This document shows positions 22,901-34,990 of a stretch of 64,000 nt of DNA, piece after piece; position 1 is the stretch's first letter, and each line of letters opens with the position of its first letter. This DNA comes from Eledone cirrhosa (taxonomy: Eukaryota): the NCBI GenBank assembly GCA_964016885.1, contig OZ024743.1, positions 134,292,001-134,356,000 of the forward strand. Direction: 5' to 3'. The position numbers and the translations under genes are program-made. Below the pieces are notes generated by a model, which was given only the letters and a program-made list of their open reading frames with translations, searched no databases and had not been told where the DNA came from.

Positions 22901-25900
22901 TTGGTGTTTGGTGCTTGGTGCTTGGTGTTTGGTGTTTGGTGCTTGGTGCCTGGTGTTTGGTGTTTGGTGTTTGGTGCTTGGTGTCTGGTGCTTGGTGTTT
23001 GGTGCTTGGTGTTTGGTGTTTGGTGCTTGGTGCTTGGTGTTTGGTGTTTGGTGCTTGGTGTTTGGTGTTTGGTGCTTGTTGCTTGGTGCTTGATGTTTGG
23101 TGCTTGGTGCTTGGTGTTTGGTGCTGGGTGCTTGGTGCTTGTTATTTGGTTTTTGGTGCTTGGTGCTTGGTGTTTGGTGTTTGGTGTTATATGCTTGGTG
23201 TTTGATGCTTGGTGCTTGGTGCTTGGTGTTTGGTGTTTGGTGTTTGGTGCTTGGTGCTTGGTGTTTGGTGCTTGGTGCTGAGTGGTTGGTGTTTGGTGCT
23301 TGGTGTTTGGTGCTGGGTGCTTGGTGTTTGGTGCTGGGTGCTTGGTGTTTGGTGCTTGGTGCTTGGTCTTTGGTGCTTGGTGTTTGGTGCTTGGTGCTTG
23401 GTGCTTGGTGTTTGGTGCTTGGTGCTTGGTGTTTGGTGCTTGGTGCTTGGTGTTTGCTGTTTGCTGTTTGGTGTTTGTTGTTTGGTGTTTGTTGTTTGGT
23501 GTTTGCTGTTTGGTGTTTGGTGTTTGCTTTTTGGTGTTTGGTGTTTGCTGTATGTTGTTTGCTGTTTGGTGTTTGGTGTTTGGTGCCTGGTGCTTGGTGC
23601 TTGGTGCTTGGTGTTTGGTGTTTGGTGCTTGGTGCTTGGTGCTTGGTGTTTGGTGCTTGGTGCTTGGTGTTTTGTGTTTCGTGTTTGGTTTTTGGTTCTT
23701 GGTGCTTGGTGCTTGGTCCTTGGTGTTAGGTGCTGGGTGCTGTGTGTTTGGTGCTTGGTGCTTGGTGTTTGGTGTTTGCTGCTTGGTGCTTGATGCTTGG
23801 TGTTTGGTGCTTGGTGCTTGGTGCTTGGTGTTTGTACTTGGTGCTTGGTGCTTGGTGTTTGGTTCTTGGTTCTTGGTGTTTGGTGTTTGGCATTTGGTGT
23901 TTGGTGCTTGGTGTTTGGTGCTTGGTGCTTGGTGTTTGGTGCCTGGTGCTTGGTGCTTGGTGCTTGGTGTTTGGAGTTTGGTGTTTGGTGCTTGGTGCTT
24001 GGTGCTTGGTCCTTGGTGTTTGGTGCTGGGTGCTTTGTGTTTGGTGATTGGTGCTTGGTGTTTGGTGTTTGCTGCTTGGTGTTTGATGCTTGGTGCTTGG
24101 TGTTTTGTGTTTGGTGCTTGGTGCTTGGTGTTTGGTGCTTGGTGCTTGGTGCTTGGTGTTTGTACTTGGTGCTTGGTGTTTGGTGTTTGGTTCTTGGTTC
24201 TTGGTGTTTGGTACTTGGTGCTTGGTGCTTGGTGCTTGGTGTTAGGTATTTGGTGCTTGGTGCTTCGTGTTTGGTGCTTGGTGTTTGGTGTTTGCTGTTT
24301 GGAGTTTGGTGTTTGGTGTTTGGTTTTGCTGTCCGGTGTCTGCTTTTTGGTGTTTAGTGTTTGCTGTATGGTGTTTGCTGTTTCGTGTTTGGTGTTTGCT
24401 GTTTGGTGTTTGGTCTTTGGTGCTTGGTGTTTGGTGCTTGGTGTTTGGTGTTTGGTGCTTGCTGCTTGGTGTTTGGTGTTTGGTGCTTGGTGCTTGGTGT
24501 TTGGTGTTTAGTGTTTGGTGCTTGGTGTCTGGTGCTTGGTGTTTGGTGTTTGGTGCTTGGTGTTTGGTGTTTGGTGATTGGTGCTTGGTGTTTGGTGTTT
24601 GCTGCTTGGTGTTTGATGCTTGGTGCTTGGTGTTTTGTGTTTGGTGCTTGGTGCTTGGTGTTTGGTTCTTGGTTCTTGGTGTTTGGTACTTGGTGCTTGG
24701 TGTTTGGTGTTTGCTGTTTGGTGTTTGGTGTTTGGTGTTTGGTGTTTGCTGTTTGGTGTCTGCTTTTTGGTGTTTAGTGTTTGCTGTATGGTGTTTGGTG
24801 TTTGCTGTTTGGTGTTTGGTCTTTGGTGCTTGGTGTTTGGTGCTCGGTGCTTGGTGTTTGGTATTCGGTGCTTGCTGCTTGGTGTTTGGTGCTTGGTGTT
24901 TGGTGTTTGGTGTTTGGTGCTTGGTGTCTGGTGCTTGGTGTTTGGTGCTTGGTGTTTGGTGTTTGGTGCTTGGTGTATGGTGTTTGGTGTTTGGTGCTTG
25001 GTGCTTGGTGTTTGGTGTTTGGTGTTTGGTGCTTGGTGTCTGGTGCTTGGTGTTTGGTGTTTGGTGCTTGGTGTTTGGTGTTTGGTGTTTGTTGCTTGGT
25101 GCTTGGTGCTTGGTGTTTGGTGTTTGGTGTTTGGTGCTTGGTGCTTGGTGTTTGGTGCTTGGTGCTGAGTGGTTGGTGTTTGGTGCTTGGTGTTTGGTGC
25201 TGGGTGCTTGGTTTTTGGTCCTGGGTGCTTGGTGTTTGGTGCTTGGTGCTTGGTGCTTGGTGTTTGGTGCTTGGTGCTTGGTGTTTGGTGCTTGGTGCTT
25301 AGTGTTTGGTGCTAGGTGCTTGGTGTTTGGTGCTTGGTGTTTGGTGCTTGGTGCTTGGTGTTTGGTGTTTGGTGTTTGGTGCTTGGTGTTTGGTGCTTGG
25401 TGCTTGGTGTTTGGTGTTTGGTGCTTGGTGCTTGGTGCTTGGTGTTTGGTGTTTGGTGCTTGGTGCTTGGTGTTTGGTGCTTGGTGCTGAGTGGTTGGTG
25501 TTTGGTGCTTGGTGTTTGGTGCTGGGTGCTTGGTTTTTGGTCTTGGGTGCTTGGTGTTTGGTGCTTGGTGCTTGGTGCTTGGTGTTTGGTGCTTGGTGCT
25601 TGGTGTTTGGTGCTTGGTGCTTAGTGTTTGGTGCTAGGTGCTTGGTGTTTGGTGCTTGGTGTTTGGTGCTTGGTGCTTGGTGTTTGGTGTTTGGTGTTTG
25701 GTGCTTGGTGCTTGGTGTTTGCTGTTTGCTGTTTGGTGTTTGTTGTTTGGTGTTTGTTGTTTGGTGTTTGCTGTTTGGTGTTTGGTGTTTGCTATTTGGT
25801 GTTTGGTGTTTGCTGTATGTTGTTTGCTGTTTGGTGTTTGGTGTTTGGTGTTTGGTGTTTGGTGTTTGGTGTTTGGTGTTTGGTGCTTGGTGTTTGGTGC

Positions 25901-26599
25901 TTGGTGCTTGGTGTTTGGTGCCTGGTGCTTGGTGCTTGATGCTTGGTGTTTGGTTTTTGGTGCTTGGTGCTTGGTGCTTGGTCCTTGGTGTTTGGTGCTG
26001 GGTGCTTTGTGTTTGGTGCTTGGTGCTTGGTGCTTGGTGTTTGGTGTTTGCTGCTTGGTGTTTGATGCTTGGTGCTTGGTGCTTGGTGTTTTGTGTTTGG
26101 TGCTTGGTGCTTGGTGTTTGGTGCTTGGTGCTTGGTGCTTGGTGTTTGTACTTGGTGCTTGGTGCTTGGTGCTTGGTGTTTGGTTCTTGGTTCTTGGTGT
26201 TTGGTGTTTTGCGTTTGGTGTTTGGTGCTTGGTGCTTGGTGTTTGGTGCCTGGTGCTTGGTGCTTGGTGCTTGGTGTTTGGTGTTTGGTGCTTGGTGCTT
26301 GGAGTTTGGTGTTTGGTGCTTGGTGCTTGGTGCTTGGTCCTTGGTGTTTGGTGCAGGGTGCTTTGTGTTTGGTGATTGGTGCTTGGTGTTTGGTGTTTGC
26401 TGCTTGGTGCTTGGTGCTTGGTGTTTCTACTTGGTGCTTGGTGCTTGGTGTTTGGTTCTTGGTTCTTGGTGTTTGGTACTTGGTGCTTGGTGCTTGGTGC
26501 TTGATATTTGATGTTTGGTGCTTGGTGTTTGGTGCTTGGTGGTTGGTGCTTGGTGCTTGGTGCTTGGTGTTAGGTATTTGGTGCTTGGTGCTTGGTGTT

Positions 26600-29500
26600 T
26601 GGTGCTTGGTGTTTGGTGTTTGCTGTTTGGTGTTTGGTGTTTGCTGTTTGGTGTTTGCTGTTTGGTGTTTGGTGTTTGCTGTTTGGTGTTTGGTCTTTGG
26701 TGCTTGGTGTTTGGTGCTTGGTGTTTGGTGTTTGGTGCTTGGTGCTTGGTGCTTGGTGTTTGGTGCTTGGTGCTTGGTGTTTTGTGTTTCGTGTTTGGTT
26801 TTTGGTGCTTGGTGCTTGGTGCTTGGTCCTTGGTGTTAGGTGCTGGGTGCTTTGTGTTTGGTGCTTGGTGCTTGGTGTTTGGTGTTTGCTGCTTGGTGCT
26901 TGATGCTTGGTGTTTGTTGCTTGGTGCTTGGTGCTTCGTGTTTGTACTTGGTGCTTAGTGCTTGGTGTTTGGTTCTTGGTTCTTGGTGTTTGGTGCTTGG
27001 CATTTGGTGTTTGGTGCTTGGTGCTTGGTGTTTGGTGCTTGGTGCTTGGTGTTTGGTGCCTGGTGCTTGGTGCTTGGTGCTTGGTGTTTGGAGTTTGGTG
27101 TTTGGTGCTTGGTGCTTGGTGCTTGGTCCTTGGTGTTTGGTGCTGGGTGCTTTGTGTTTGGTGATTGGTGCTTGGTGTTTGGTGTTTGCTGCTTGGTGTT
27201 TGATGCTTGGTGCTTGGTGTTTTGTGTTTGATGCTTGGTGCTTGGTGTTTGGTGCTTGGTGCTTGGTGCTTGGTGTTTGTACTTGGTGCTTGGTGTTTGG
27301 TGTTTGGTTCTTGGTTCTTGGTGTTTGGTACTTGGTGCTTGGTGCTTGGTGCTTGGTGTTAGGTATTTGGTGCTTGCTGCTTCGTGTTTGGTGCTTGGTG
27401 TTTGGTGTTTGCTGTTTGGAGTTTGGTGTTTGGTGTTTGGTTTTGCTGTCTGGTGTCTGCTTTTTGGTGTTTAGTGTTTGCTGTATGGTGTTTGCTGTTT
27501 CGTGTTTGGTGTTTGCTATTTGGTGTTTGGTCTTTGGTGCTTGGTGTTTGGTGCTTGGTGTTTGGTGTTTGGTGCTTGCTGCTTGGTGTTTGGTGTTTGG
27601 TGCTTGGTGCTTGGTGTTTGGTGTTTAGTGTTTGGTGCTTGGTGTCTGGTGCTTGGTGTTTGGTGTTTGGTGCTTGGTGTTTGGTGTTTGGTGATTGGTG
27701 CTTGGTGTTTGGTGTTTGCTGCTTGGTGTTTGATGCTTGGTGCTTGGTGTTTTGTGTTTGGTGCTTGGTGCTTGGTGTTTGGTGCTTGGTGCTTGGTGCT
27801 TGGTGCTTGTACTTGGTGCTTGGTGCTTGGTGTTTGGTTCTTGGTTCTTGGTGTTTGGTACTTGGTGCTTGGTGTTTGGTGTTTGCTGTTTGGTGTTTGG
27901 TGTTTGGTGTTTGGTGTTTGCTGTTTGGTGTCTGCTTTTTGGTGTTTAGTGTTTGCTGTATGGTGTTTGGTGTTTGCTGTTTCGTGTTTGGTCTTTGGTG
28001 CTTGGTGTTTGGTGCTCGGTGCTTGGTGTTTGGTATTCGGTGCTTGGTGCTTGGTGTTTGGTGCTTGGTGTTTGGTGTTTGGTGTTTGGTGCTTGGTGTC
28101 TGGTGCTTGGTGTTTGGTGCTTGGTGTTTGGTGTTTGGTGCTTGGTGTTTGGTGTTTGGTGTTTGGTGCTTGGTGCTTGGTGTTTGGTGTCTGGTGTTTG
28201 ATGCTTGGTGTCTGGTGCTTGGTGTTTGGTGTTTGGTGCTTGGTGTTTGGTGTTTGGTGTTTGGTGCTTGGTGCTTGGTGCTTGGTGTTTGGTGTTTGGT
28301 GTTTGGTGCTTGGTGCTTGGTGTTTGGTGCTTGGTGCTGAGTGGTTGGTGTTTGGTGCTTGGTGTTTGGTGCTGGGTGCTTGGTTTTTGGTCCTGGGTGC
28401 TTGGTGTTTGGTGCTTGGTGCTTGGTGCTTGGTGTTTGGTGCTTGGTGCTTGGTGTTTGGTGCTTGGTGCTTAGTGTTTGGTGCTATGTGCTTGGTGTTT
28501 GGTGCTTGGTGTTTGGTGTTTGGTGTTTGGTGCTTGGTGCTTGGTGTTTGGTGTTTGGTGTTTGGTGCTTGGTGTTTGGTGCTTGGTGCTTGGTGTTTGG
28601 TGTTTGGTGCTTGGTGCTTGGTGCTTGGTGTTTGGTGTTTGGTGTTTGGTGCTTGGTGCTTGGTGTTTGGTGCTTGGTGCTGAGTGGTTGGTGTTTGGTG
28701 CTTGGTGTTTGGTGCTTGGTGCTTGGTTTTTGGTCCTGGGTGCTTGGTGTTTGGTTCTGGGTGCTTGGTGCTTGGTGTTTGGTGCTTGGTGCTTGGTGTT
28801 TGGTGCTTGGTGCTTAGTGTTTGGTGCTAGGTGCTTGGTGTTTGGTGCTTGGTGTTTGGTGCTTGGTGCTTGGTGTTTGGTGTTTGGTGTTTGGTGCTTG
28901 GTGCTTGGTGTTTGCTGTTTGGTGTTTGGTGTTTGTTGTTTAGTGTTTGTTGTTTGGTGTTTGCTGTTTGGTGTTTGGTGTTTGCTATTTGGTGTTTGGT
29001 GTTTGCTGTATGTTGTTTGCTGTTTGGTGTTTGGTGTTTGGTATTTGGTGTTTGGTGTTTGGTGTTTGGTGCTTGGTGTTTGGTGCTTGGTGCTTGGTGT
29101 TTGGTGCCTGGTGCTTGGTGCTTGATACTTGGTGTTTGGTTTTTGGTGCTTGGTGCTTGGTGCTTGGTCCTTGGTGTTTGGTGCTTGGTGCTTGGTGTTT
29201 GGTGCTTGGTGCTTGGTGCTTGGTGTGTGTACTTGGTGCTTGGTGCTTGGTGTTTGGTTCTTGGTTCTTGGTGTTTGGTGTTTTGCGTTTGGTGTTTGGT
29301 GCTTGGTGTTTGGTGCTTGGTGCTTGGTGTTTGGTGCCTGGTGCTTGGTGCTTGGTGCTTGGTGTTTGGTGTTTGGTGCTTGGTGCTTGGAGTTTGGTGT
29401 TTGGTGCTTGGTGCTTGGTGCTTGGTCCTTGGTGTTTGGTGCTGGGTGCTTTGTGTTTGGTGATTGGTGCTTGGTGTTTGGTGTTTGTTTTCTGCTTGGT

Positions 29501-32500
29501 GTTTGATGCTTGGTGTTTTGTATTTGGTGCTTGGTGCTTGGTGTTTGGTGCTTGGTGCTTGGTGCTTGGTGTTTCTACTTGGTGCTTGGTGCTTGGTGTT
29601 TGGTTCTTGGTTCTTGGTGTTTGGTACTTGGTGCTTGGTGTTTGGTGCTTGATGTTTGGTGTTTGGTGCTTGGTGTTTGGTGCTTGGTGGTTGGTGCTTG
29701 GTGCTTGGTGCTTGGTGTTAGGTATTTGGTGCTTGGTGCTTGGTGTTTGGTGCTTGGTGTTTGGTGTTTGCTGTTTGGTGTTTGGTGTTTGCTGTTTGGT
29801 GTTTGCTGTTTGGTGTTTGGTGTTTGCTGTTTGGTGTTTGGTCTTTGGTGCTCGGTGTTTGGTGCTTGGTGTTTGGTGTTTGGTGCTTGGTGCTTGGTGT
29901 TTGGTGTTTGGTGCTTGGTGCTTGGTGTTTGGTGTTTGGTGTTTGGTGCTTGGTGTCTGGTGCTTGGTGTTTGGTGTTTGGTGCTTGGTGTTTGGTGTTT
30001 GGTGCTTGGTGCTTGGTGTTTGGTGTTTGGTGCTTGGTGTTTGCTGTTTGGTGCTTGTTGCTTGGTGCTTGATGTTTGGTGCTTGGTGTTTGGTGTTTGG
30101 TGCTGGGTGTTTGGTGTTTGGTGCTTGGTGCTTGGTGTTTGGTGCTTGGTGCTCAGTGGTTGGTGTTTGGTGCTTGGTGTTTGGTGCTGGGTGCTTGGTG
30201 TTTGGTGCTGGGTGCTTGGTGTTTGGTGCTTGGTGCTTGGTCTTTGGTGCTTGGTGTTTGGTGCTTGGTGCTTGGTGCTTGGTGTTAGGTATTTGGTGCT
30301 TGGTGCTTGGTGTTTGGTGCTTGGTGTTTGGTGTTTGCTGTTTGGTGTTTGGTGTTTGCTGTTTGGTGTTTGCTGTTTGGTGTTTGGTGTTTGCTGTTTG
30401 GTGTTTGGTCTTTGGTGCTTGGTGTTTGGTGCTTGGTGTTTGGTGTTTGGTGCTTGGTGCTTGGTGCTTGGTGTTTGGTGCTTGGTGCTTGGTGTTTTGT
30501 GTTTCGTGTTTGGTTTTTGGTGCTTGGTGCTTGGTGCTTGGTCCTTGGTGTTAGGTGCTGGGTGCTTTGTGTTTGGTGCTTGGTGCTTGGTGTTTGGTGT
30601 TTGCTGCTTGGTGCTTGATGCTTGGTGTTTGGTGCTTGGTGCTTGGTGCTTCGTGTTTGTACTTGGTGCTTAGTGCTTGGTGTTTGGTTCTTGGTTCTTG
30701 GTGTTTGGTGCTTGGCATTTGGTGTTTGGTGCTTGGTGCTTGGTGTTTGGTGCTTGGTGCTTGGTGTTTGGTGCCTGGTGCTTGGTGCTTGGTGCTTGGT
30801 GTTTGGAGTCTGGTGTTTGGTGCTTGGTGCTTGGTGCTTGGTCCTTGGTGTTTGGTGCTGGGTGCTTTGTGTTTGGTGATTGGTGCTTGGTGTTTGGTGT
30901 TTGCTGCTTGGTGTTTGATGCTTGGTGCTTGGTGTTTTGTGTTTGGTGCTTGGTGCTTGGTGTTTGGTGCTTGGTGCTTGGTGCTTGGTGTTTGTACTTG
31001 GTGCTTGGTGTTTGGTGTTTGGTTCTTGGTTCTTGGTGTTTGGTACTTGGTGCTTGGTGCTTGGTGCTTGGTGTTAGGTATTTGGTGCTTGGTGCTTCGT
31101 GTTTGGTGCTTGGTGTTTGGTGTTTGCTGTTTGGAGTTTGGTGTTTGGTGTTTGGTTTTGCTGTCTGGTGTCTGCTTTTTGGTGTTTAGTGTTTGCTGTA
31201 TGGTGTTTGCTGTTTCGTGTTTGGTGTTTGCTGTTTGGTGTTTGGTCTTTGGTGCTTGGTGTTTGGTGCTTGGTGTTTGGTGTTTGGTGCTTGCTGCTTG
31301 GTGTTTGGTGTTTGGTGCTTGGTGCTTGGTGTTTGGTGTTTAGTGTTTGGTGCTTGGTGTCTGGTGCTTGGTGTTTGGTGTTTGGTGCTTGGTGTTTGGT
31401 GTTTGGTGATTGGTGCTTGGTGTTTGGTGTTTGCTGCTTGGTGTTTGATGCTTGGTGCTTGGTGTTTTGTGTTTGGTGCTTGGTGCTTGGTGTTTGGTGC
31501 TTGGTGCTTGGTGCTTGGTGTTTGTACTTGGTGCTTGGTGCTTGGTGTTTGGTTCTTGGTTCTTGGTGTTTGGTACTTGGTGCTTGGTGTTTGGTGTTTG
31601 CTGTTTGGTGTTTGGTGTTTGGTGTTTGGTGTTTGCTGTTTGGTGTCTGCTTTTTGGTGTTTAGTGTTTGCTGTATGGTGTTTGGTGTTTGCTGTTTCGT
31701 GTTTGGTCTTTGGTGCTTGGTGTTTGGTGCTCGGTGCTTGGTGTTTGGTATTCGGTGCTTGGTGCTTGGTGTTTGGTGCTTGGTGTTTGGTGTTTGGTGT
31801 TTGGTGCTTGGTGTCTGGTGCTTTGTGTTTGGTGCTTGGTGTTTGGTGTTTGGTGCTTGGTGTTTGGTGTTTGGTGTTTGGTGCTTGGTGCTTGGTGTTT
31901 GGTGTCTGGTGTTTGGTGCTTGGTGTCTGGTGCTTGGTGTTTGGTGTTTGGTGCTTGGTGTTTGGTGTTTGGTGTTTGGTGCTTGGTGCTTGGTGCTTGG
32001 TGTTTGGTGTTTGGTGTTTGGTGCTTGGTGCTTGGTGTTTGGTGCTTGGTGCTGAGTGGTTGGTGTTTGGTGCTTGGTGTTTGGTGCTGGGTGCTTGGTT
32101 TTTGGTCCTGGGTGCTTGGTGTTTGGTGCTTGGTGCTTGGTGCTTGGTGTTTGGTGCTTGGTGCTTGGTGTTTGGTGCTTGGTGCTTAGTGTTTGGTGCT
32201 ATGTGCTTGGTGTTTGGTGCTTGGTGTTTGGTGTTTGGTGTTTGGTGCTTGGTGCTTGGTGTTTGGTGTTTGGTGTTTGGTGCTTGGTGTTTGGTGCTTG
32301 GTGCTTGGTGTTTGGTGTTTGGTGCTTGGTGCTTGGTGCTTGGTGTTTGGTGTTTGGTGTTTGGTGCTTGGTGCTTGGTGTTTGGTGCTTGGTGCTGAGT
32401 GGTTGGTGTTTGGTGCTTGGTGTTTGGTGCTGGGTGCTTGGTTTTTGGTCCTGGGTGCTTGGTGTTTGGTTCTGGGTGCTTGGTGCTTGGTGTTTGGTGC

Positions 32501-34300
32501 TTGGTGCTTGGTGTTTGGTGCTTGGTGCTTAGTGTTTGGTGCTAGGTGCTTGGTGTTTGGTGCTTGGTGTTTGGTGCTTGGTGCTTGGTGTTTGGTGTTT
32601 GGTGTTTGGTGCTTGGTGCTTGGTGTTTGCTGTTTGGTGTTTGGTGTTTGTTGTTTGGTGTTTGTTGTTTGGTGTTTGCTGTTTGGTGTTTGGTGTTTGC
32701 TATTTGGTGTTTGGTGTTTGCTGTATGTTGTTTGCTGTTTGGTGTTTGGTGTTTGGTGTTTGGTGTTTGGTGTTTGGTGTTTGGTGCTTGGTGTTTGGTG
32801 CTTGGTGCTTGGTGTTTGGTGCCTGGTGCTTGGTGCTTGATACTTGGTGTTTGGTTTTTGGTGCTTGGTGCTTGGTGCTTGGTCCTTGGTGTTTGGTGCT
32901 TGGTGCTTGGTGTTTGGTGCTTGGTGCTTGGTGCTTGCTGTTTGTACTTGGTGCTTGGTGCTTGGTGTTTGGTTCTTGGTTCTTGGTGTTTGGTGTTTTG
33001 CGTTTGGTGTTTGGTGCTTGGTGTTTGGTGCTTGGTGCTTGGTGTTTGGTGCCTGGTGCTTGGTGCTTGGTGCTTGGTGTTTGGTGTTTGGTGCTTGGTG
33101 CTTGGAGTTTGGTGTTTGGTGCTTGGTGCTTGGTGCTTGGTCCTTGGTGTTTGGTGCTGGGTGCTTTGTGTTTGGTGATTGGTGCTTGGTGTTTGGTGTT
33201 TTCTGCTTGGTGTTTGATGCTTGGTGTTTTGTATTTGGTGCTTGGTGCTTGGTGTTTGGTGCTTGGTGCTTGGTGCTTGGTGTTTCTACTTGGTGCTTGG
33301 TGCTTGGTGCTTGGTGTTTGGTTCTTGGTTCTTGGTGTTTGGTACTTGGTGCTTGGTGCTTGGTGCTTGATGTTTGGTGTTTGGTGCTTGGTGTTTGGTG
33401 CTTGGTGGTTGGTGCTTGGTGCTTGGTGCTTGGTGTTAGGTATTTGGTGCTTGGTGCTTGGTGTTTGGTGCTTGGTGTTTGGTGTTTGCTGTTTGGTGTT
33501 TGGTGTTTGCTGTTTGGTGTTTGCTGTTTGGTGTTTGGTGTTTGCTGTTTGGTGTTTGGTCTTTGGTGCTCGGTGTTTGGTGCTTGGTGTTTGGTGTTTG
33601 GTGCTTGGTGCTTGGTGTTTGGTGTTTGGTGCTTGGTGCTTGGTGTTTGGTGTTTGGTGTTTGGTGATTGGTGTCTGGTGCTTGGTGTTTGGTGTTTGGT
33701 GCTTGGTGTTTGGTGTTTGGTGCTTGGTGCTTGGTGTTTGGTGTTTGGTGCTTGGTGTTTGCTGTTTGGTGCTTGTTGCTTGGTGCTTGATGTTTGGTGC
33801 TTGGTGCTTGGTGTTTGGTGCTGGGTGTTTGGTGTTTGGTGCTTGGTGCTTGGTGTTTGGTGCTTGGTGCTCAGTGGTTGGTGTTTGGTGCTTGGTGTTT
33901 GGTGCTGGGTGCTTGGTGTTTGGTGCTGGGTGCTTGGTGTTTGGTGCTTGGTGCTTGGTCTTTGGTGCTTGGTGTTTGGTGCTTGGTGCTTGGTGCTTGG
34001 TGTTTGGTGCTTGGTGCTTGGTGTTTGGTGCTTGGTGCTTGGTGTTTGCTGTTTGCTGTTTGGTGTTTGTTGTTTGGTGTTTGTTGTTTGGTGTTTGCTG
34101 TTTGGTGTTTGGTGTTTGCTTTTTGGTGTTTGGTGTTTGCTGTATGTTGTTTGCTGTTTGGTGCTTGGTGCTTGGTGTTTGGTGCCTGGTGCTTGGTGCT
34201 TGGTGCTTGGTGTTTGGTGTTTGGTGCTTGGTGCTTGGTGCTTGGTGTTTGGTGTTTGGTGCTTGGTGCTTGGTGTTTTGTGTTTCGTGTTTGGTTTTTG
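26600..34300 (+). repeat. Tandem ~3.7-kb higher-order repeat (about two copies) adjoining the junction
   Basis: Offset 3715 for landmark pairs 26840/30555, 27384/31099, 27953/31668, 28831/32546, and 3718 for the CTCAGTGG variant at 30152/33870. Both copies share private variants GCTATGTG and CTTGATA. Confidence 0.9.
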
Positions 34301-34972
34301 GTGCTTGGTGCTTGGTGCTTGGTCCTTGGTGTTAGGTGCTGGGTGCTTTGTGTTTGGTGCTTGGTGCTTGGTGTTTGGTGTTTGCTGCTTGGTGCTTGAT
34401 GCTTGGTGTTTGGTGCTTGGTGCTTGGTGCTTGGTGTTTGTACTTGGTGCTTGGTGCTTGGTGTTTGGTTCTTGGTTCTTGGTGTTTGGTGCTTGGTGCT
34501 TGGTGTTTGGTGCCTGGTGCTTGGTGCTTGGTGCTTGGTGTTTGGTGTTTGGGGCTTGGTGCTTGGAGTTTGGTGTTTGGTGCTTGGTGCTTGGTGCTTG
34601 GTGTTTGGTGCTGGGTGCTTTGTGTTTGGTGATTGGTGCTTGGTGTTTGGTGTTTGCTGCTTGGTGTTTGATGCTTGGTGCTTGGTGTTTTGTGTTTGAT
34701 GCTTGGTGCTTGGTGTTTGGTGCTTGGTGCTTGGTGCTTGGTGTTTGTACTTGGTGCTTGGTGTTTGGTGTTTGGTTCTTGGTGCTTGGTGTTTGGTACT
34801 TGGTGCTTGGTGCTTGGTGCTTGGTGTTAGGTATTTGGTGCTTGGTGCTTCGTGTTTGGTGCTTGGTGTTTGGTGTTTGCTGTTTGGAGTTTGGTGTTTG
34901 GTGTTTGGTTTTGCTGTCTGGTGTCTGCTTTTTGGTGTTTTGTGTTTGCTGTATGGTGTTTGCTGTTTCGTG

Positions 34973-34990
34973 TTTCGTGTTTGCACCCAA
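34973..34990. other. Orientation-switch (inversion or fusion) junction between the two arms
   Basis: Sequence reads TTTCGTG (34973-34979), TTTG (34980-34983), CACCCAA (34984-34990). Composition flips from G/T-rich to C/A-rich within one base, with no inserted non-repeat sequence. Confidence 0.97.

Larger units (their letters stand above)
1..34983 (+). repeat. Heptamer satellite array, left arm: (C/T)TTGGTG tandem repeat, about 5,000 monomers, open at the window start
   Basis: Continuous TTTGGTG/CTTGGTG units with substitution variants (TTTGCTG, CTTGGTT, TTTGATG, TTAGGTA, CTGAGTG) and occasional 6-bp units (TTTGTA, TTTCTA). A is nearly absent from the + strand. Confidence 0.99.

Noticed and set aside
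34973-34990. Skew switch as a replication origin or terminus, or a protelomerase/hairpin-telomere site
   Set aside because: The skew flip is fully explained by repeat orientation. There is no unique perfect palindrome beyond TGCA, no dif- or DnaA-box-like motif and no associated gene.
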